Positions 40,413 through 51,729 are shown, numbered from the stretch's first letter. The stretch is 64,000 nt of DNA from an uncultured Clostridia bacterium (GCA_944390345.1 CALXPP010000001.1:20570-84569); one strand, 5' to 3'. Program-made: numbers and translations. The notes: a model not told the origin generated them from the letters alone.

Positions 40413-43400
40413 ATGGGAAATGAAGTAAAATGGACTGAAGAACAAAAAGAAGCAATTTATGAAAATGGAGAAAATATTTTAGTTGCAGCAGCTGCTGGTA
40501 GTGGAAAAACAGCGGTATTAGTAGAAAGAATAATTCAAAAGATTTTAAAAGACAAGATAGATATAGATAAATTATTAGTAGTAACTTTTACTAATGCGGC
40601 TGCTTCAGAAATGAGAGAAAGAGTATTAGAGGCAATATACAAAAAATTAGATGAAAATCCTTTAGATGAAAACTTACAAAGACAAATTATTTTACTTGGA
40701 AAATCAAATATTTGTACTATACATTCTTTTTGCTTAGATGTTATTAGAAATTATTTTTATGAATTAGATATACCAGCAAATTTTAGAATAGGTTCAGAAG
40801 AGGAAATAGAACTATTAAGGCAAGAAACTTTAGAAGATGTTTTTGAAGAATTGTATGAAAGCGAAGATAGTAGTTTTTCAAAATTAGTAGAGATATATAC
40901 AAATTATAGAGGAGATGAAGCTTTAAAAGAACTAATATTAAAAATATATAAATATATTCAAAGTGCGCCATTTCCAGAAGAATGGCTACATACCAATATA
41001 GAAAAATTTAATAGAAAATCAGAAAAATTGGATTTTTCAAATACTGATTGGGGGAAATTATTGCTTCAGGAACTAAAAGAAGAAATTTATGATGCAATTT
41101 GTAATTTGCAAGTTGTGGAAAATAAGCTATCAAAATTTAGTGAACTAGAAAAATTTTCTTTATGCATTCAGAAAGACATAGAAAAACTAAAAACTTTTTA
41201 TGAGCTTACTGGTAAAAATTGGGAAGATACTTATAAATTTTCGCAAGTATTTAAATTTGATAATTGGCCAAGAGATAAGATAAATATTGAGATTCAAGAG
41301 AGCGCAAAAAATGTAAGAGATGTGGTAAAAAAGAAATTAAAAGATACTATAAATTCCATATTACTATATAATTCAGAAGAGGCATTTGAAGATATTTATG
41401 CAATGTACGATATTTTAACCTATTTAGAAGCTACAATACTAAAATTTGATGAGGAATTTAAAAAAAGAAAAAAGGATAAAAACCTTATAGATTTTAATGA
41501 TATCGAACATTATGCTTTAAAAATTTTAGTAAAAAAAGATGAAAATGGAAATCCAGTAGAAACTAGTATTGCACAATTATATAAACAAAAATTTGAAGAA
41601 ATTGCAATAGATGAATATCAGGATAGTAATCAAGTACAAGAATATATATTGTCTACTATTTCTAGAGGAAATAATATATTTATGGTAGGTGATGTAAAGC
41701 AAAGTATTTATAAATTTAGACAGGCTTGTCCAGATTTGTTTTTAGATAAATACTTAAAATATACAAAAGAAAAAACGGGAAAAGGCTTAAAGATACAGCT
41801 ATTTAAGAACTTTAGAAGCAGAAAAAATATATTAGATTTTACTAATATTATTTTTGAAAATATAATGAGTAAGGGACTTGGAGATTTAGATTATACGAAA
41901 GAGGAATTTTTAAATTTAGGAGCAAAATTTGAAGAAAAAGAAAATTCTTATACAGAAGTACAAAAAGCTAAGACAGAATTATTACTTATAGATACAAAAG
42001 AAAGAGAGGAGCAAGATATTTGGAAGGAAACTGAAGAAAATATAGAAGATAAAGAAGAAAAAGATGAAACACAAGATTATTTAAAGATAATTGAAAAAGA
42101 GGAACTAGAAGCAAGATTAGTAGCAAAAAAAATTAAAGAGCTTATGGATAGTAAAATAAATATTTTTGACAAGAAAAAAGGTTATAGAAAAGTAGAGTAT
42201 AAAGACATAGTAATTTTACTTCGTTCAACTTCAAATCTAGCACAAATATATGAAAGAGAGCTTTTAAAAAATAATATACCTGTATATAGTGATACAAATT
42301 CTGAATATTTAGACACTTATGAGATACAAACAATTATTAATACTCTAAAAATATTAGATAATCCTACAGATGATATTGCTTTAGTATCAGTATTGCGCTC
42401 TGAAATAGGAGGCTTTACAGATAATGAATTAGTAGAAATAAGATTAGTAAATAGAGATACTAGTTTTTATCAAAGTATGGTAATGGCAAGTATAAAGCTA
42501 ACAGGAAAGCTTCAAGAAAAATTAAAAAGTTTTTTAGAGAATATAGAAAAATGGAGAGAAAAAAGTAGATATTTGAACTTATCAGAATTAATATGGCATA
42601 TATATGAAGAAACGGGTTTTTATAATTATGTTACTTTAATGCCAAATGGACTTTTAAGAAAAGCAAATTTAAAAAAATTATTTGAGAGCGCAAAAAACTA
42701 TGAAAAATCTAGTTTTAAAGGTTTATTTAATTTTATAAGATACATAGAAAAAATAAAAATAGGAAGTGGTGATTTATCTCCAGCAAAGATAATTGGAGAG
42801 AATGAGAATGTAGTTAGAATAATGAGCATTCATAAAAGTAAAGGACTAGAATTTCCAATTGTTTTTCTTTCAAGTACAGGGAAGAAAATAAATTTAAGGG
42901 ACTTAAATGACAATATTCTTTTGCATCAAGAGATAGGGCTTGGACCAGAATATATTAATTATGAAAGAAGAATTAGATATTCAACTGCAGCAAAACTTGC
43001 TATAAAAGTTTTATCTAAAAAAGAAACTATTTCCGAAGAAATGAGAATTTTGTATGTAGCATTAACTCGTGCAAAAGAAAAATTAATAATAACAGGTATG
43101 GGCAAGGAAATAAAAGAAGAACTAGAAAAAAAGAAAGAACTTTTAGAAATATATCGTTCTAAAGAAAAAATAAATCCTATTTTGCTAAAAAAATATACTA
43201 CATACAAGGATTGGATAGAACTAATATATATTTCAGGTAAATTAAAAGAAGAACTAGAGATAAAAATAATACCTAAAAAAGAATTAGAAGAAACAGACTT
43301 TGAAGCAGAAGAGGAAACAAAAAAATTTCCTTTTAAAGAAGATATAGATATGGAAAATATAGAAAGAAGTTTAAATTTTGTATATCCATATTTACTTTCA

Positions 43401-44141
43401 AGTAATTTACCTTTAAAGAGTACTGTAAGTAAGGTAAAAGAAATGCAAAATGAAGAAAACTATAATTTAGAAACAGATTTTTTTAGTGATCAATATATGT
43501 TGGATTTATCAGACCTTACTACTCAAAAAGAAGAAAAAAATGAATTTTTTATAAAAAATAAGCTGGATTTTGAATCCCAAAAGCCAAAATTTTTAACAGA
43601 AATAGAAAAAATTTCAAATAGCGAAAAAGGAAGTTTAGTACATTTTATATTGCAAAAAATAGATTTTACCAAAGATTATAATCTAGAGGAATTAGAAAGC
43701 TTTATAAATACTTTTGTTTTAAATAATACTATTTCTTTATCTCAGGCAGAAGCAATAAATAAAAAACAAATTTTAGATTTTCTAAATTCAGACTTAGCAA
43801 AGCAATTTAAAACTGCAAAGCAAATTTATAGAGAAAAGACTTTTTGTACAAAAATAAGAGCTAAAGATATTTTTAAAGAAGCGGATTTTTCAAAAGAAAA
43901 AGAAGAAAATTATATTTTAGTTCAAGGTATTATAGATTTATTCTTTGAAGATAGTATGGGAAATTGGAATTTAGTAGATTATAAAACAGACTATATAAAA
44001 GCTGGAGAAGAATATAAATTAATCGATAGATATAGAAGACAATTAGAAATATATAAAAAAGCTCTAGAAGATGAAATAGATACGAAAGTATTACATACAT
44101 ATATATATTCTCTAGCTTTAAATAAAAAGATTGAATTATAA
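40413..44141 (+). CDS. addA: ATP-dependent helicase/nuclease subunit A
   Basis: UvrD-type N-terminus (VAAAAGSGKTAVLVERI), IDEYQDSN, C-terminal RecB-type nuclease (VQGIIDL...DYKTD). Confidence 0.88.
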   Translation: MGNEVKWTEEQKEAIYENGENILVAAAAGSGKTAVLVERIIQKILKDKIDIDKLLVVTFTNAAASEMRERVLEAIYKKLDENPLDENLQRQIILLGKSNICTIHSFCLDVIRNYFYELDIPANFRIGSEEEIELLRQETLEDVFEELYESEDSSFSKLVEIYTNYRGDEALKELILKIYKYIQSAPFPEEWLHTNIEKFNRKSEKLDFSNTDWGKLLLQELKEEIYDAICNLQVVENKLSKFSELEKFSLCIQKDIEKLKTFYELTGKNWEDTYKFSQVFKFDNWPRDKINIEIQESAKNVRDVVKKKLKDTINSILLYNSEEAFEDIYAMYDILTYLEATILKFDEEFKKRKKDKNLIDFNDIEHYALKILVKKDENGNPVETSIAQLYKQKFEEIAIDEYQDSNQVQEYILSTISRGNNIFMVGDVKQSIYKFRQACPDLFLDKYLKYTKEKTGKGLKIQLFKNFRSRKNILDFTNIIFENIMSKGLGDLDYTKEEFLNLGAKFEEKENSYTEVQKAKTELLLIDTKEREEQDIWKETEENIEDKEEKDETQDYLKIIEKEELEARLVAKKIKELMDSKINIFDKKKGYRKVEYKDIVILLRSTSNLAQIYERELLKNNIPVYSDTNSEYLDTYEIQTIINTLKILDNPTDDIALVSVLRSEIGGFTDNELVEIRLVNRDTSFYQSMVMASIKLTGKLQEKLKSFLENIEKWREKSRYLNLSELIWHIYEETGFYNYVTLMPNGLLRKANLKKLFESAKNYEKSSFKGLFNFIRYIEKIKIGSGDLSPAKIIGENENVVRIMSIHKSKGLEFPIVFLSSTGKKINLRDLNDNILLHQEIGLGPEYINYERRIRYSTAAKLAIKVLSKKETISEEMRILYVALTRAKEKLIITGMGKEIKEELEKKKELLEIYRSKEKINPILLKKYTTYKDWIELIYISGKLKEELEIKIIPKKELEETDFEAEEETKKFPFKEDIDMENIERSLNFVYPYLLSSNLPLKSTVSKVKEMQNEENYNLETDFFSDQYMLDLSDLTTQKEEKNEFFIKNKLDFESQKPKFLTEIEKISNSEKGSLVHFILQKIDFTKDYNLEELESFINTFVLNNTISLSQAEAINKKQILDFLNSDLAKQFKTAKQIYREKTFCTKIRAKDIFKEADFSKEKEENYILVQGIIDLFFEDSMGNWNLVDYKTDYIKAGEEYKLIDRYRRQLEIYKKALEDEIDTKVLHTYIYSLALNKKIEL

Positions 44142-44216
44142 TTTAGAAAATTATTTACAAAAAATACCTAATATTGTATAATAAAATAGATTTAAAAGAT
44201 AAGAGGGGAAATATTT

Positions 44217-44876
44217 ATGGCTAGAATGAAAACATTCTTAACATATCTAATATTACTAGTTGGATTTTTTGCAGTATCAATGTTATTAGAGAATGGTCTT
44301 TTGCACAATATGTATGCATCAATTAGCGGAGATACTAATGGAAATTTAATTACTTCAGATGGAAATATGGATTCTAATTTAACAATTAGTGTAGAAGAGG
44401 CAAAAGCAAGTAATGTTAGTGGAAATTTAAAAATAAAAGTAACTAATACCTCTGGTCATTTTATAGAAAAATGCTATTTAAAAATAGATTTATATAGTAG
44501 ACAAGACCTATTAGCTGCTACTCAATATGTGGAAATTACAAATTTTGAAGTAAATGAAACAAGAAATTTTGAAGTGAAGTTTAAAGCAAAAGAAATTGCA
44601 AGATATGAGGTTTCTTTAATAGAAACAGCACCAGATAAAACAAATATTATAAATATTCTAGGCTGGGAAATAGATTTAAGTGATGTATTTGGAATGGATT
44701 TAACAAGATTTGCAGATTTATTTACAGTAGAAGGAATGAAATCTGGTTTATCAAATGTTTGGGACTTTACAGTAGCAGTAGTAAGCTCTGTACCACTATG
44801 GGCTTGGTGTATAGCTGCTGGTATTGTGGTATGGAATTTGCCAAAAGGTTTTCTATTTGGAATATTCCCATTCTAA
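44217..44876 (+). CDS. hypothetical membrane protein
   Basis: N-terminal and C-terminal TM segments; GAGGGGA RBS. Confidence 0.5.
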   Translation: MARMKTFLTYLILLVGFFAVSMLLENGLLHNMYASISGDTNGNLITSDGNMDSNLTISVEEAKASNVSGNLKIKVTNTSGHFIEKCYLKIDLYSRQDLLAATQYVEITNFEVNETRNFEVKFKAKEIARYEVSLIETAPDKTNIINILGWEIDLSDVFGMDLTRFADLFTVEGMKSGLSNVWDFTVAVVSSVPLWAWCIAAGIVVWNLPKGFLFGIFPF

Positions 44877-44951
44877 TAAAATATAGATTTAACAAAATAG
44901 ATATATAAAAGCTAGAACTTTATATATCTATTTTTAAAAAGAGGAGGTTTT

Positions 44952-45578
44952 ATGGAAGCAGTTATTTTAAATCACCCTTTAGTAACACACAAATTATCAA
45001 TTTTAAGAAGCAAAAAAACAGGAACAAAAGAATTTAGAGAAATAGTAGGCGAATTATCAGAATTTCTTTGCTATGAAGCTTTAAAAGATGCTGAATTAGA
45101 AGAGTGTGAGATAGAAACACCTTTAGTAAAAATGAAAACAAAGAGATTAAATGAAAATAAATATGCTTTTGTTCCTATACTAAGAGCTGGTATGGGAATG
45201 ATAGATGGAGTTTTAAATGTAATACCAAATGCTAAAATTGGGCATATTGGATTATATAGAGATGAAGAAACTCTAGAACCACATAAATATTATTATAAAG
45301 TTCCAAAAGATATTGAAAACAGAGAAGTTATTATAGTAGATCCAATGCTTGCAACAGGAGGTTCTGCTGTAGATGCAATAAAAATGATAAAAGCAGATGG
45401 AGCAAAGAAAATAAAGTTTTTATGTATGATTGCAGCACCAGAGGGAATAGAAAGAGTGCAAAAAGAATATCCAGATGTTCAAATATTTGCAGCAGCTTTA
45501 GATGAAAAGTTAAATGAAAAAGGATATATATTACCAGGACTTGGAGATGCAGGTGATAGAATTTTTGGAACTATATAA
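44952..45578 (+). CDS. upp: uracil phosphoribosyltransferase
   Basis: [13 protein letters not shown]-terminus, [14 protein letters not shown] motif, [13 protein letters not shown]-terminus. Confidence 0.95.
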   Translation: MEAVILNHPLVTHKLSILRSKKTGTKEFREIVGELSEFLCYEALKDAELEECEIETPLVKMKTKRLNENKYAFVPILRAGMGMIDGVLNVIPNAKIGHIGLYRDEETLEPHKYYYKVPKDIENREVIIVDPMLATGGSAVDAIKMIKADGAKKIKFLCMIAAPEGIERVQKEYPDVQIFAAALDEKLNEKGYILPGLGDAGDRIFGTI

Positions 45579-45596
45579 AAGAAAGGAAAAGGTTTT

Positions 45597-46440
45597 ATGG
45601 AAGTTAATGAAAGTTTATTAAAAGAACTTAGTAAAAAGGCTATAAATATCAGAAGAAATATTATAGAAATGGTATATATGGCATCTTCTGGGCATCCGGG
45701 TGGAGCTTTATCCATTGTAGATATTTTAACGATTTTATATTTCTATGAAATGAAAGTAGATTTATCTAATTCAAAAGATGAGAATAGAGATAGATTTGTA
45801 TTATCTAAAGGACATGCTTCACCAGCTTTATATGCAACTTTAGCAGAAAAAGGCTTTATAAAAAAAGAAGAACTTAGAAAATTTAGAAGTATAAATAGTT
45901 TATTACAAGGTCATCCTGATATGAAAAAAATTCCAGGTGTAGATATGACTACCGGATCTTTAGGACAAGGATTATCTGCTGCAAATGGAATGGCTTTAGC
46001 TGGAAAATTAGATCAAAAATCTTATAGAGTATATTGTATGCTAGGAGATGGAGAAATAGAAGAAGGACAAATTTGGGAAGCTGCTATGAGTGCTAGCCAC
46101 TATAAATTAGATAATTTATGTGTAATAGTAGATAATAATAATTTACAAATAGATGGTGAAATTTCTAAAGTTATGAGCCCATATCCAATAGATAAAAAGT
46201 TTGAGGCTTTTGGATTTGAAGTTTTACGGAATAGATGGTCATAACTATAATGAAATTATAGAAGCTTTGGAAAAGGCAAAAACAATAAAGGGAAAGCCAA
46301 CTGCAATAATTGCTAAAACTATAAAAGGAAAGGGAGTTTCTTTTATGGAAAACGAAGCTAAATGGCATGGAAAAGCACCAAAGGAAGAAGAATATCTTGA
46401 GGCAATAAAAGAACTAGAATTAAGTGCAAAAAATATATAG
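45597..46440 (+). CDS. transketolase, N-terminal subunit; frame changes +1 at CGG 46227-46229
   Basis: [25 protein letters not shown] motifs. The 215-aa and 79-aa track ORFs join as ...[17 protein letters not shown]..., giving about 280 aa, the usual size of this subunit. Confidence 0.85.
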
Positions 46441-46499
46441 ATCTTAAGGTTTATAGGCAACCTAAAAAACCTAAATATATTTAAGTAAGGATTAAGTTT

Positions 46500-47429
46500 A
46501 TGAAACCAGAAATAAAAATAGCAACTCGTCAAAGTTTTGGAGAAGCCTTGAAAAAACTAGGAGATGAGAATGAAAATATAGTTGTTTTAGATGCTGATTT
46601 ATCTAGTGCTACAAAAACAGAAATTTTTGCAAAAGCGTATCCAGAGAGATTTTTTGATATGGGTATTGCTGAGCAGGATATGATTGGTACTGCAGCAGGT
46701 TTAGCTACTTGCGGGAAAATACCTTTTGCTAGTAGTTTTGCAGCATTTGCAACAGGAAGAGTATATGATCAAATAAGAGCAAGTATATGTTATCCAAATT
46801 TAAATGTAAAAATTTGTGGCACTCATGCAGGAATAACAGTTGGAGAAGATGGTGCTACACATCAAATGCTAGAAGATATTAGCTTAATGAGAGGACTTCC
46901 TAATATGACTGTGTTATGTCCATCAGACGATATTTCTACAAAATGGGCTGTAGAAGAAGCTAGTAAAATTAATGGACCTGTGTATATAAGACTTGCTAGA
47001 GCTGCGACACCAGTTATATATGAAGAAAATAAAATTTTTACATTCGGAAAAGCAGTTCAATTTGGAGATGGTACAGATGCTACAGTTTTTGCAACAGGTG
47101 TAGAAGTAGCGGAGGCACTAAAAGCGCAAGAAATATTAAAAGGATATAATATAGATATTCGTGTAGTTGATATGCTTTCTATAAAACCAATAGACAAGGA
47201 TATTATAGAAAGATGTGCAATGGGAACTGATAGGTTAATTTCAATAGAAGATCACAGTATAATAGGTGGACTTGGTAGTGCTATTGCAGAAGTTTTAACA
47301 GAAAGATATCCTGCAAAACTAAAAAGAATGGGAATGCAAGATACTTTTGGTCAATCTGGAAAAGCAGTAGATTTGATGAATTTCTACAAACTAAATGCAG
47401 AAGCTATAGTTAAAGAGTTGAAAAACTAA
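46500..47429 (+). CDS. transketolase, C-terminal subunit
   Basis: Pyrimidine-binding and C-terminal domains (FDMGIAEQDMIGTAAG...). Confidence 0.92.
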   Translation: MKPEIKIATRQSFGEALKKLGDENENIVVLDADLSSATKTEIFAKAYPERFFDMGIAEQDMIGTAAGLATCGKIPFASSFAAFATGRVYDQIRASICYPNLNVKICGTHAGITVGEDGATHQMLEDISLMRGLPNMTVLCPSDDISTKWAVEEASKINGPVYIRLARAATPVIYEENKIFTFGKAVQFGDGTDATVFATGVEVAEALKAQEILKGYNIDIRVVDMLSIKPIDKDIIERCAMGTDRLISIEDHSIIGGLGSAIAEVLTERYPAKLKRMGMQDTFGQSGKAVDLMNFYKLNAEAIVKELKN

Positions 47430-47623
47430 AAAATATGTAGTAAAATACAGAAGGGGTAAAAATACAATTTTTTTATCCTTTTTTTGTTTTTTAATTTGTA
47501 AATTTTACAGATAAAAAGAAGAAAAAACCAATTAATGCTATTGCAATTTTTATAGTTTACTGATATTATATTATAGAATTAAAATAGCATATACAATTTT
47601 ATAAGGAAGGTGCTAAAACTTAA

Positions 47624-48313
47624 ATGATAGAATTTAAAAATGTAACTAAGATATATAGTACAGGTACTGAAGCAGTACATAATGCAAGTTTTACAATAGA
47701 AAAAGGTGAATTTGCATTTTTAGTTGGAAGTTCTGGCTCTGGAAAATCAACATTAATAAAGTTAATTTTAAAAGAAGAAGAAGCAAATAAAGGAAATATT
47801 ATTATAAATGGTAAAGATATAACTTTTTTAAAACCAAAAAGAGTTCCTTTTTTGCGTAGAAGTATGGGAGTTGTTTTTCAAGATTTTAGACTATTACCAG
47901 ATAAAACTGTTTATGAAAATGTAGCTTTTGCAATGTATATAGTAAAAGCAACACCTAGACATATTAGAAGGCAAGTACCAATGGTACTTTCTTTAGTAGG
48001 GCTAAGCAATAAAGCAAAATGTTATCCAAATGAGCTTTCTGGTGGAGAACAGCAGAGAGTAGCTTTAGCTCGTGCTTTAGTAAATAATCCAACTATGATT
48101 ATAGCAGATGAGCCAACAGGAAACTTGGATCCGGTTACTGCTTGGGATATAATGAATCTATTAAACGAGATAAATGCAAGAGGAACAACTGTTGTTATGG
48201 CAACGCATGCACAAGATATAGTAGATAAAATGAAAAAAAGAGTTATACAAATAGACAAAGGTATAATTGTAAGAGATGATAAAAAGGGTGGGTATAATAG
48301 TGAGATACAATAG
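47624..48313 (+). CDS. ftsE: cell-division ABC transporter ATP-binding protein FtsE
   Basis: Walker A GSSGSGKST, signature LSGGEQQR, Walker B IIADEPTGNLD. Confidence 0.92.
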   Translation: MIEFKNVTKIYSTGTEAVHNASFTIEKGEFAFLVGSSGSGKSTLIKLILKEEEANKGNIIINGKDITFLKPKRVPFLRRSMGVVFQDFRLLPDKTVYENVAFAMYIVKATPRHIRRQVPMVLSLVGLSNKAKCYPNELSGGEQQRVALARALVNNPTMIIADEPTGNLDPVTAWDIMNLLNEINARGTTVVMATHAQDIVDKMKKRVIQIDKGIIVRDDKKGGYNSEIQ

Positions 48314-49193
48314 TTTTACATATTTATTGAGTGAAGGTTTTAGAAATCTATTTAAAAATAAAAAAGCAACAATGTCTTCTCTAGTAACAATGATTTGTGC
48401 AATGTTTTTATTTGGTATATTTTTTGCTATTGGAGAAAATGTAAACACAATAATGGAGCAAGTAAATATGGCTCAAGGAATGGAAGTGTTTATAGATATT
48501 GATGCAACAGATGAAGAAATTAGTGAGTTAGGAAATAAAATAAGAAGCTTAGGAGGCGTAAATTCTGCTACTTTAAAAACTAAGCAAGAAGCATTAGACT
48601 CAGTAAAAGATGAACTTAAGGATTTTCAAACTTTATTAGAAGGTTTTGAGGGCGTTTTTCCAGCTTCTTATATAGTAACTTTAACAGATTTAAATTTGAG
48701 CGAACAAGTAAAATCAGAGATATTACAGATGGAAAATGTTGATGAGATTATGAGTAGCGATCAAACTATTGAGCTTTTAATAAAGATAGCAAATGGTGTT
48801 AGAGTTGCAATCGCTGTTATATTTGTACTTTTAATAATAATTGCAATAACAATTATTTCAAACACAATAAAATTAACAGTACATGCTAGAAGAAAAGAAA
48901 TTTCTATTATGAAATATGTAGGTGCAACGAATAGTTTTATAAGAGGTCCTTTCATAGTAGAAGGTATAATAATAGGAATTATAGCTGCTTTAATTACAGT
49001 TTGTATTGTTGGAGTTTTATATAATGTAATTATAGAAAAAATAGAGTCTTCAATGATACTTCAACAAATGCAAGTTTCATTACTTCAATTCCAAGACTTA
49101 TCTAGATATATATTAATTGTCTATGCAGTTTTAGGTATAGGAATTGGTATTGTAGGAAGTAGCATATCAATGAGGAAATATTTGGAGGTTTAA
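48300..49193 (+). CDS. ftsX: cell-division permease-like protein FtsX
   Basis: Follows ftsE with overlap (GTG 48300); typical FtsX topology: TM, extracellular domain, three C-terminal TMs. Confidence 0.85.
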   Translation: MRYNSFTYLLSEGFRNLFKNKKATMSSLVTMICAMFLFGIFFAIGENVNTIMEQVNMAQGMEVFIDIDATDEEISELGNKIRSLGGVNSATLKTKQEALDSVKDELKDFQTLLEGFEGVFPASYIVTLTDLNLSEQVKSEILQMENVDEIMSSDQTIELLIKIANGVRVAIAVIFVLLIIIAITIISNTIKLTVHARRKEISIMKYVGATNSFIRGPFIVEGIIIGIIAALITVCIVGVLYNVIIEKIESSMILQQMQVSLLQFQDLSRYILIVYAVLGIGIGIVGSSISMRKYLEV

Positions 49194-49195
49194 AC

Positions 49196-50474
49196 TTGAA
49201 AAACATTATTAAAATTAATTTCATAATTTTAGTAATTTGTGTTTTAGTTCCAGTCTGTGTTTTTGCAGAAGAGACCATTCAAAATACTGAAGTACAGAAT
49301 TTGCAAAACCAAAATACCACAGAACAAAATACCACAGAACAAAATACAACCACAGAGTTAGATGGTTTAACTATTCAAAAAGATAATTTAGAAAATCAAA
49401 TACAAGCAAAAGAATCAGAAATACAGTATATACAAGAAGATATGTCTGCAACTCTATTAGAGCTTGAAGAATTATCTCAAGAAATTTCAGATAGACAAAC
49501 AGAAATTCAAGAAATAGAGTTACAAGAAGTAGAGTTAAATAAATACATAAAAGAAACAGAAGCAGAGTTAGCAAATTTAAAAGAACAATATGCAAAACAA
49601 GAAAAAGCTTTAAAATCAAGATTAGTAGCTATGTATAAAGTAGGAAATGTAGAATATTTGGATGTGCTTTTAAATTCTAAATCTTTATCACAATTTTTAT
49701 CTAATTATTACTATATTTCTATAATAGCTCAAACAGATACAAATTTATTAAATTCTGTTGAAGAAAAAAGAGATAGCATACAGACTTTAGCAAATAACCT
49801 AGAGGCTAAAAAGTTAGTATTAGAAGCTTCTAGAGAAACAAAAGAAAAAACACAAATAGCTTTGTCTAATATGAAAATTATAAAAGATAAAAGAGTTGCT
49901 GAATTAAATGAAAAAGATTTAGCACTTCATCAAGAAATTGAAACTTATAGACAACAAGTTCAAGACATTGAGCTAGAAATAAAAAGATTAGCCTTAGCAA
50001 GTGTAGGTGCAGAATATATTGGAGGAGTAATGGCTTGGCCAGTTCCTCGGATATACTAGAATCTCTTCTCAATTTGGCATGAGAACACATCCAATAACAG
50101 GAGTATATAAGCTTCATACTGGTGTTGATATTGCAGCACCAATTGGTGCAGATTTTGTTGCAGCAAATGATGGTGTTGTAGTAAAGGCAGAGTATAATGC
50201 AGCTTATGGCAATATGGTAATATTAGACCATGGTGGAGGAATTTCTACTCTATATGCTCATGGTAGCCAAATTTTAGTAGAAGTAGGACAAACAGTATTT
50301 AAAGGAACTGCTATTTTAAAAGTAGGTTCAACAGGATATTCTACTGGACCACATGCACATTTTGAAGTTAGAGTAAATGGAGAATATGTTCAACCACTAG
50401 ATTATATAACTTCATACAATACTCAAACAAATACACAAACAGAAGAAGTAAATTTAAGCAATACAGAAAACTAA
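49196..50474 (+). CDS. coiled-coil M23 peptidase (EnvC/PcsB-like FtsEX partner); frame changes +1 at CGG 50048-50050
   Basis: Signal peptide, long coiled coil, then ...MAWPVP-G-YTRISSQFGMRTHPITG...HTGVDI...HAHFEV. The 287-aa and 131-aa track ORFs join at the CGG. Confidence 0.8.
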
Positions 50475-50497
50475 TAAAAAGTAAAACGGAGGATAAA

Positions 50498-51674
50498 ATG
50501 AAAAAAAGATACTTTTTAAAATTTTTAATTTTGGTAATTATTGCAACTTTTTTAACTTCGTGCATATATTATTCTTATGCAGCACGGTGAAGATGATTTA
50601 AATGAGCAAAAGGAAGATGTACAAAATCAAATTGATGCGACAAATTCAGAAATAGCAGGCGTAAAATCAAAAATGACAGATCAATTAAATCAGATAACTA
50701 GGTTAAATTCTCAAATTGGAGATTATGAGTCTGAAATAAGTAATTTAGAGGCACAACTAAATTCTTTAAACACTGAAATTGCAGAGAAAGAAAAAAGTAT
50801 AGCAGAGAAAGAAAAAAGTTATCAAGAAAATAAAGATCTTTTAGCAAAAAGATTAGTGGCTATGTATAAAACAAGTAAAACATCATATTTAGATGTATTA
50901 TTTAGCTCAAAAGATTTATCTGATTTTATATCTAAATATTATCTAATAGAAAAACTAACAGAACACGATACAGAAATGCTAGAGCAAATTTCTAATGAAA
51001 AAGCAGCAATTGAAAATGAAAAAGCTACTTTAGAAACCTCAAAAAACGAGGTAGCAAGTGCAAAGGAGACTTTGCAAACCAAGAAAGATGCTTTAGATGT
51101 AACTAAGGCAGAAAAGCAAAATGTAGTAAACAATTTAAGTGCTGAAGAAAAAGAATTAGAGCAGCAATTAGAAGAATTTGAAAAACATAAAAAGGAAATT
51201 GAAGCGGAAATTGCAGAATTAGCTGAGAAAAATAGAAAAAATAACAGCAATAATAATGTTACTATAAATCCAAGTGATTCTGGCTTTATTTGTCCAATAG
51301 CTGGAAAATCAAAGAAGAATATTACTACAGGTTATTATGGATATAGTGGACACACAGGAGTTGATTTTGCAGTACCAGGAGGAACCCCTATTTTAGCAGC
51401 TAAAGCAGGAACAGTATATAAATCAGAAGCTAAAAAATCAAATGGTGTTTATGTAAGTTATGGAGAACATATAATAATAGACCATCATGATGGAACTATT
51501 ACCTTATATGCTCATGGAATGCCAGGTTCTAGACTAGTACAAAAAGGAGATACAGTTTCTCAAGGACAACAGATAATGAGTGTAGGAACAACAGGAAATT
51601 CTACTGGTTATCATTTACATTTTGAAATATGGGTAAATGGTTCGAGAGTTAATCCAACTCCATATTTACCATAA
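50498..51674 (+). CDS. coiled-coil M23 peptidase, probable lipoprotein; frame changes +1 at CGG 50585-50587
   Basis: GGAGG RBS, MKKRYFLKFLILVIIATFLTSC (lipobox LTSC) IYYSYAA, then CGG TGA. The +1 frame continues GEDDLNEQ... into the 365-aa track ORF with the HTGVDF...HLHFEI M23 domain. Confidence 0.8.
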
Positions 51675-51729
51675 TTTAAGATATTAATTAGGAGAGGAGA
51701 GCTTAGCCTTTAAGACTAACAAAATTTTA

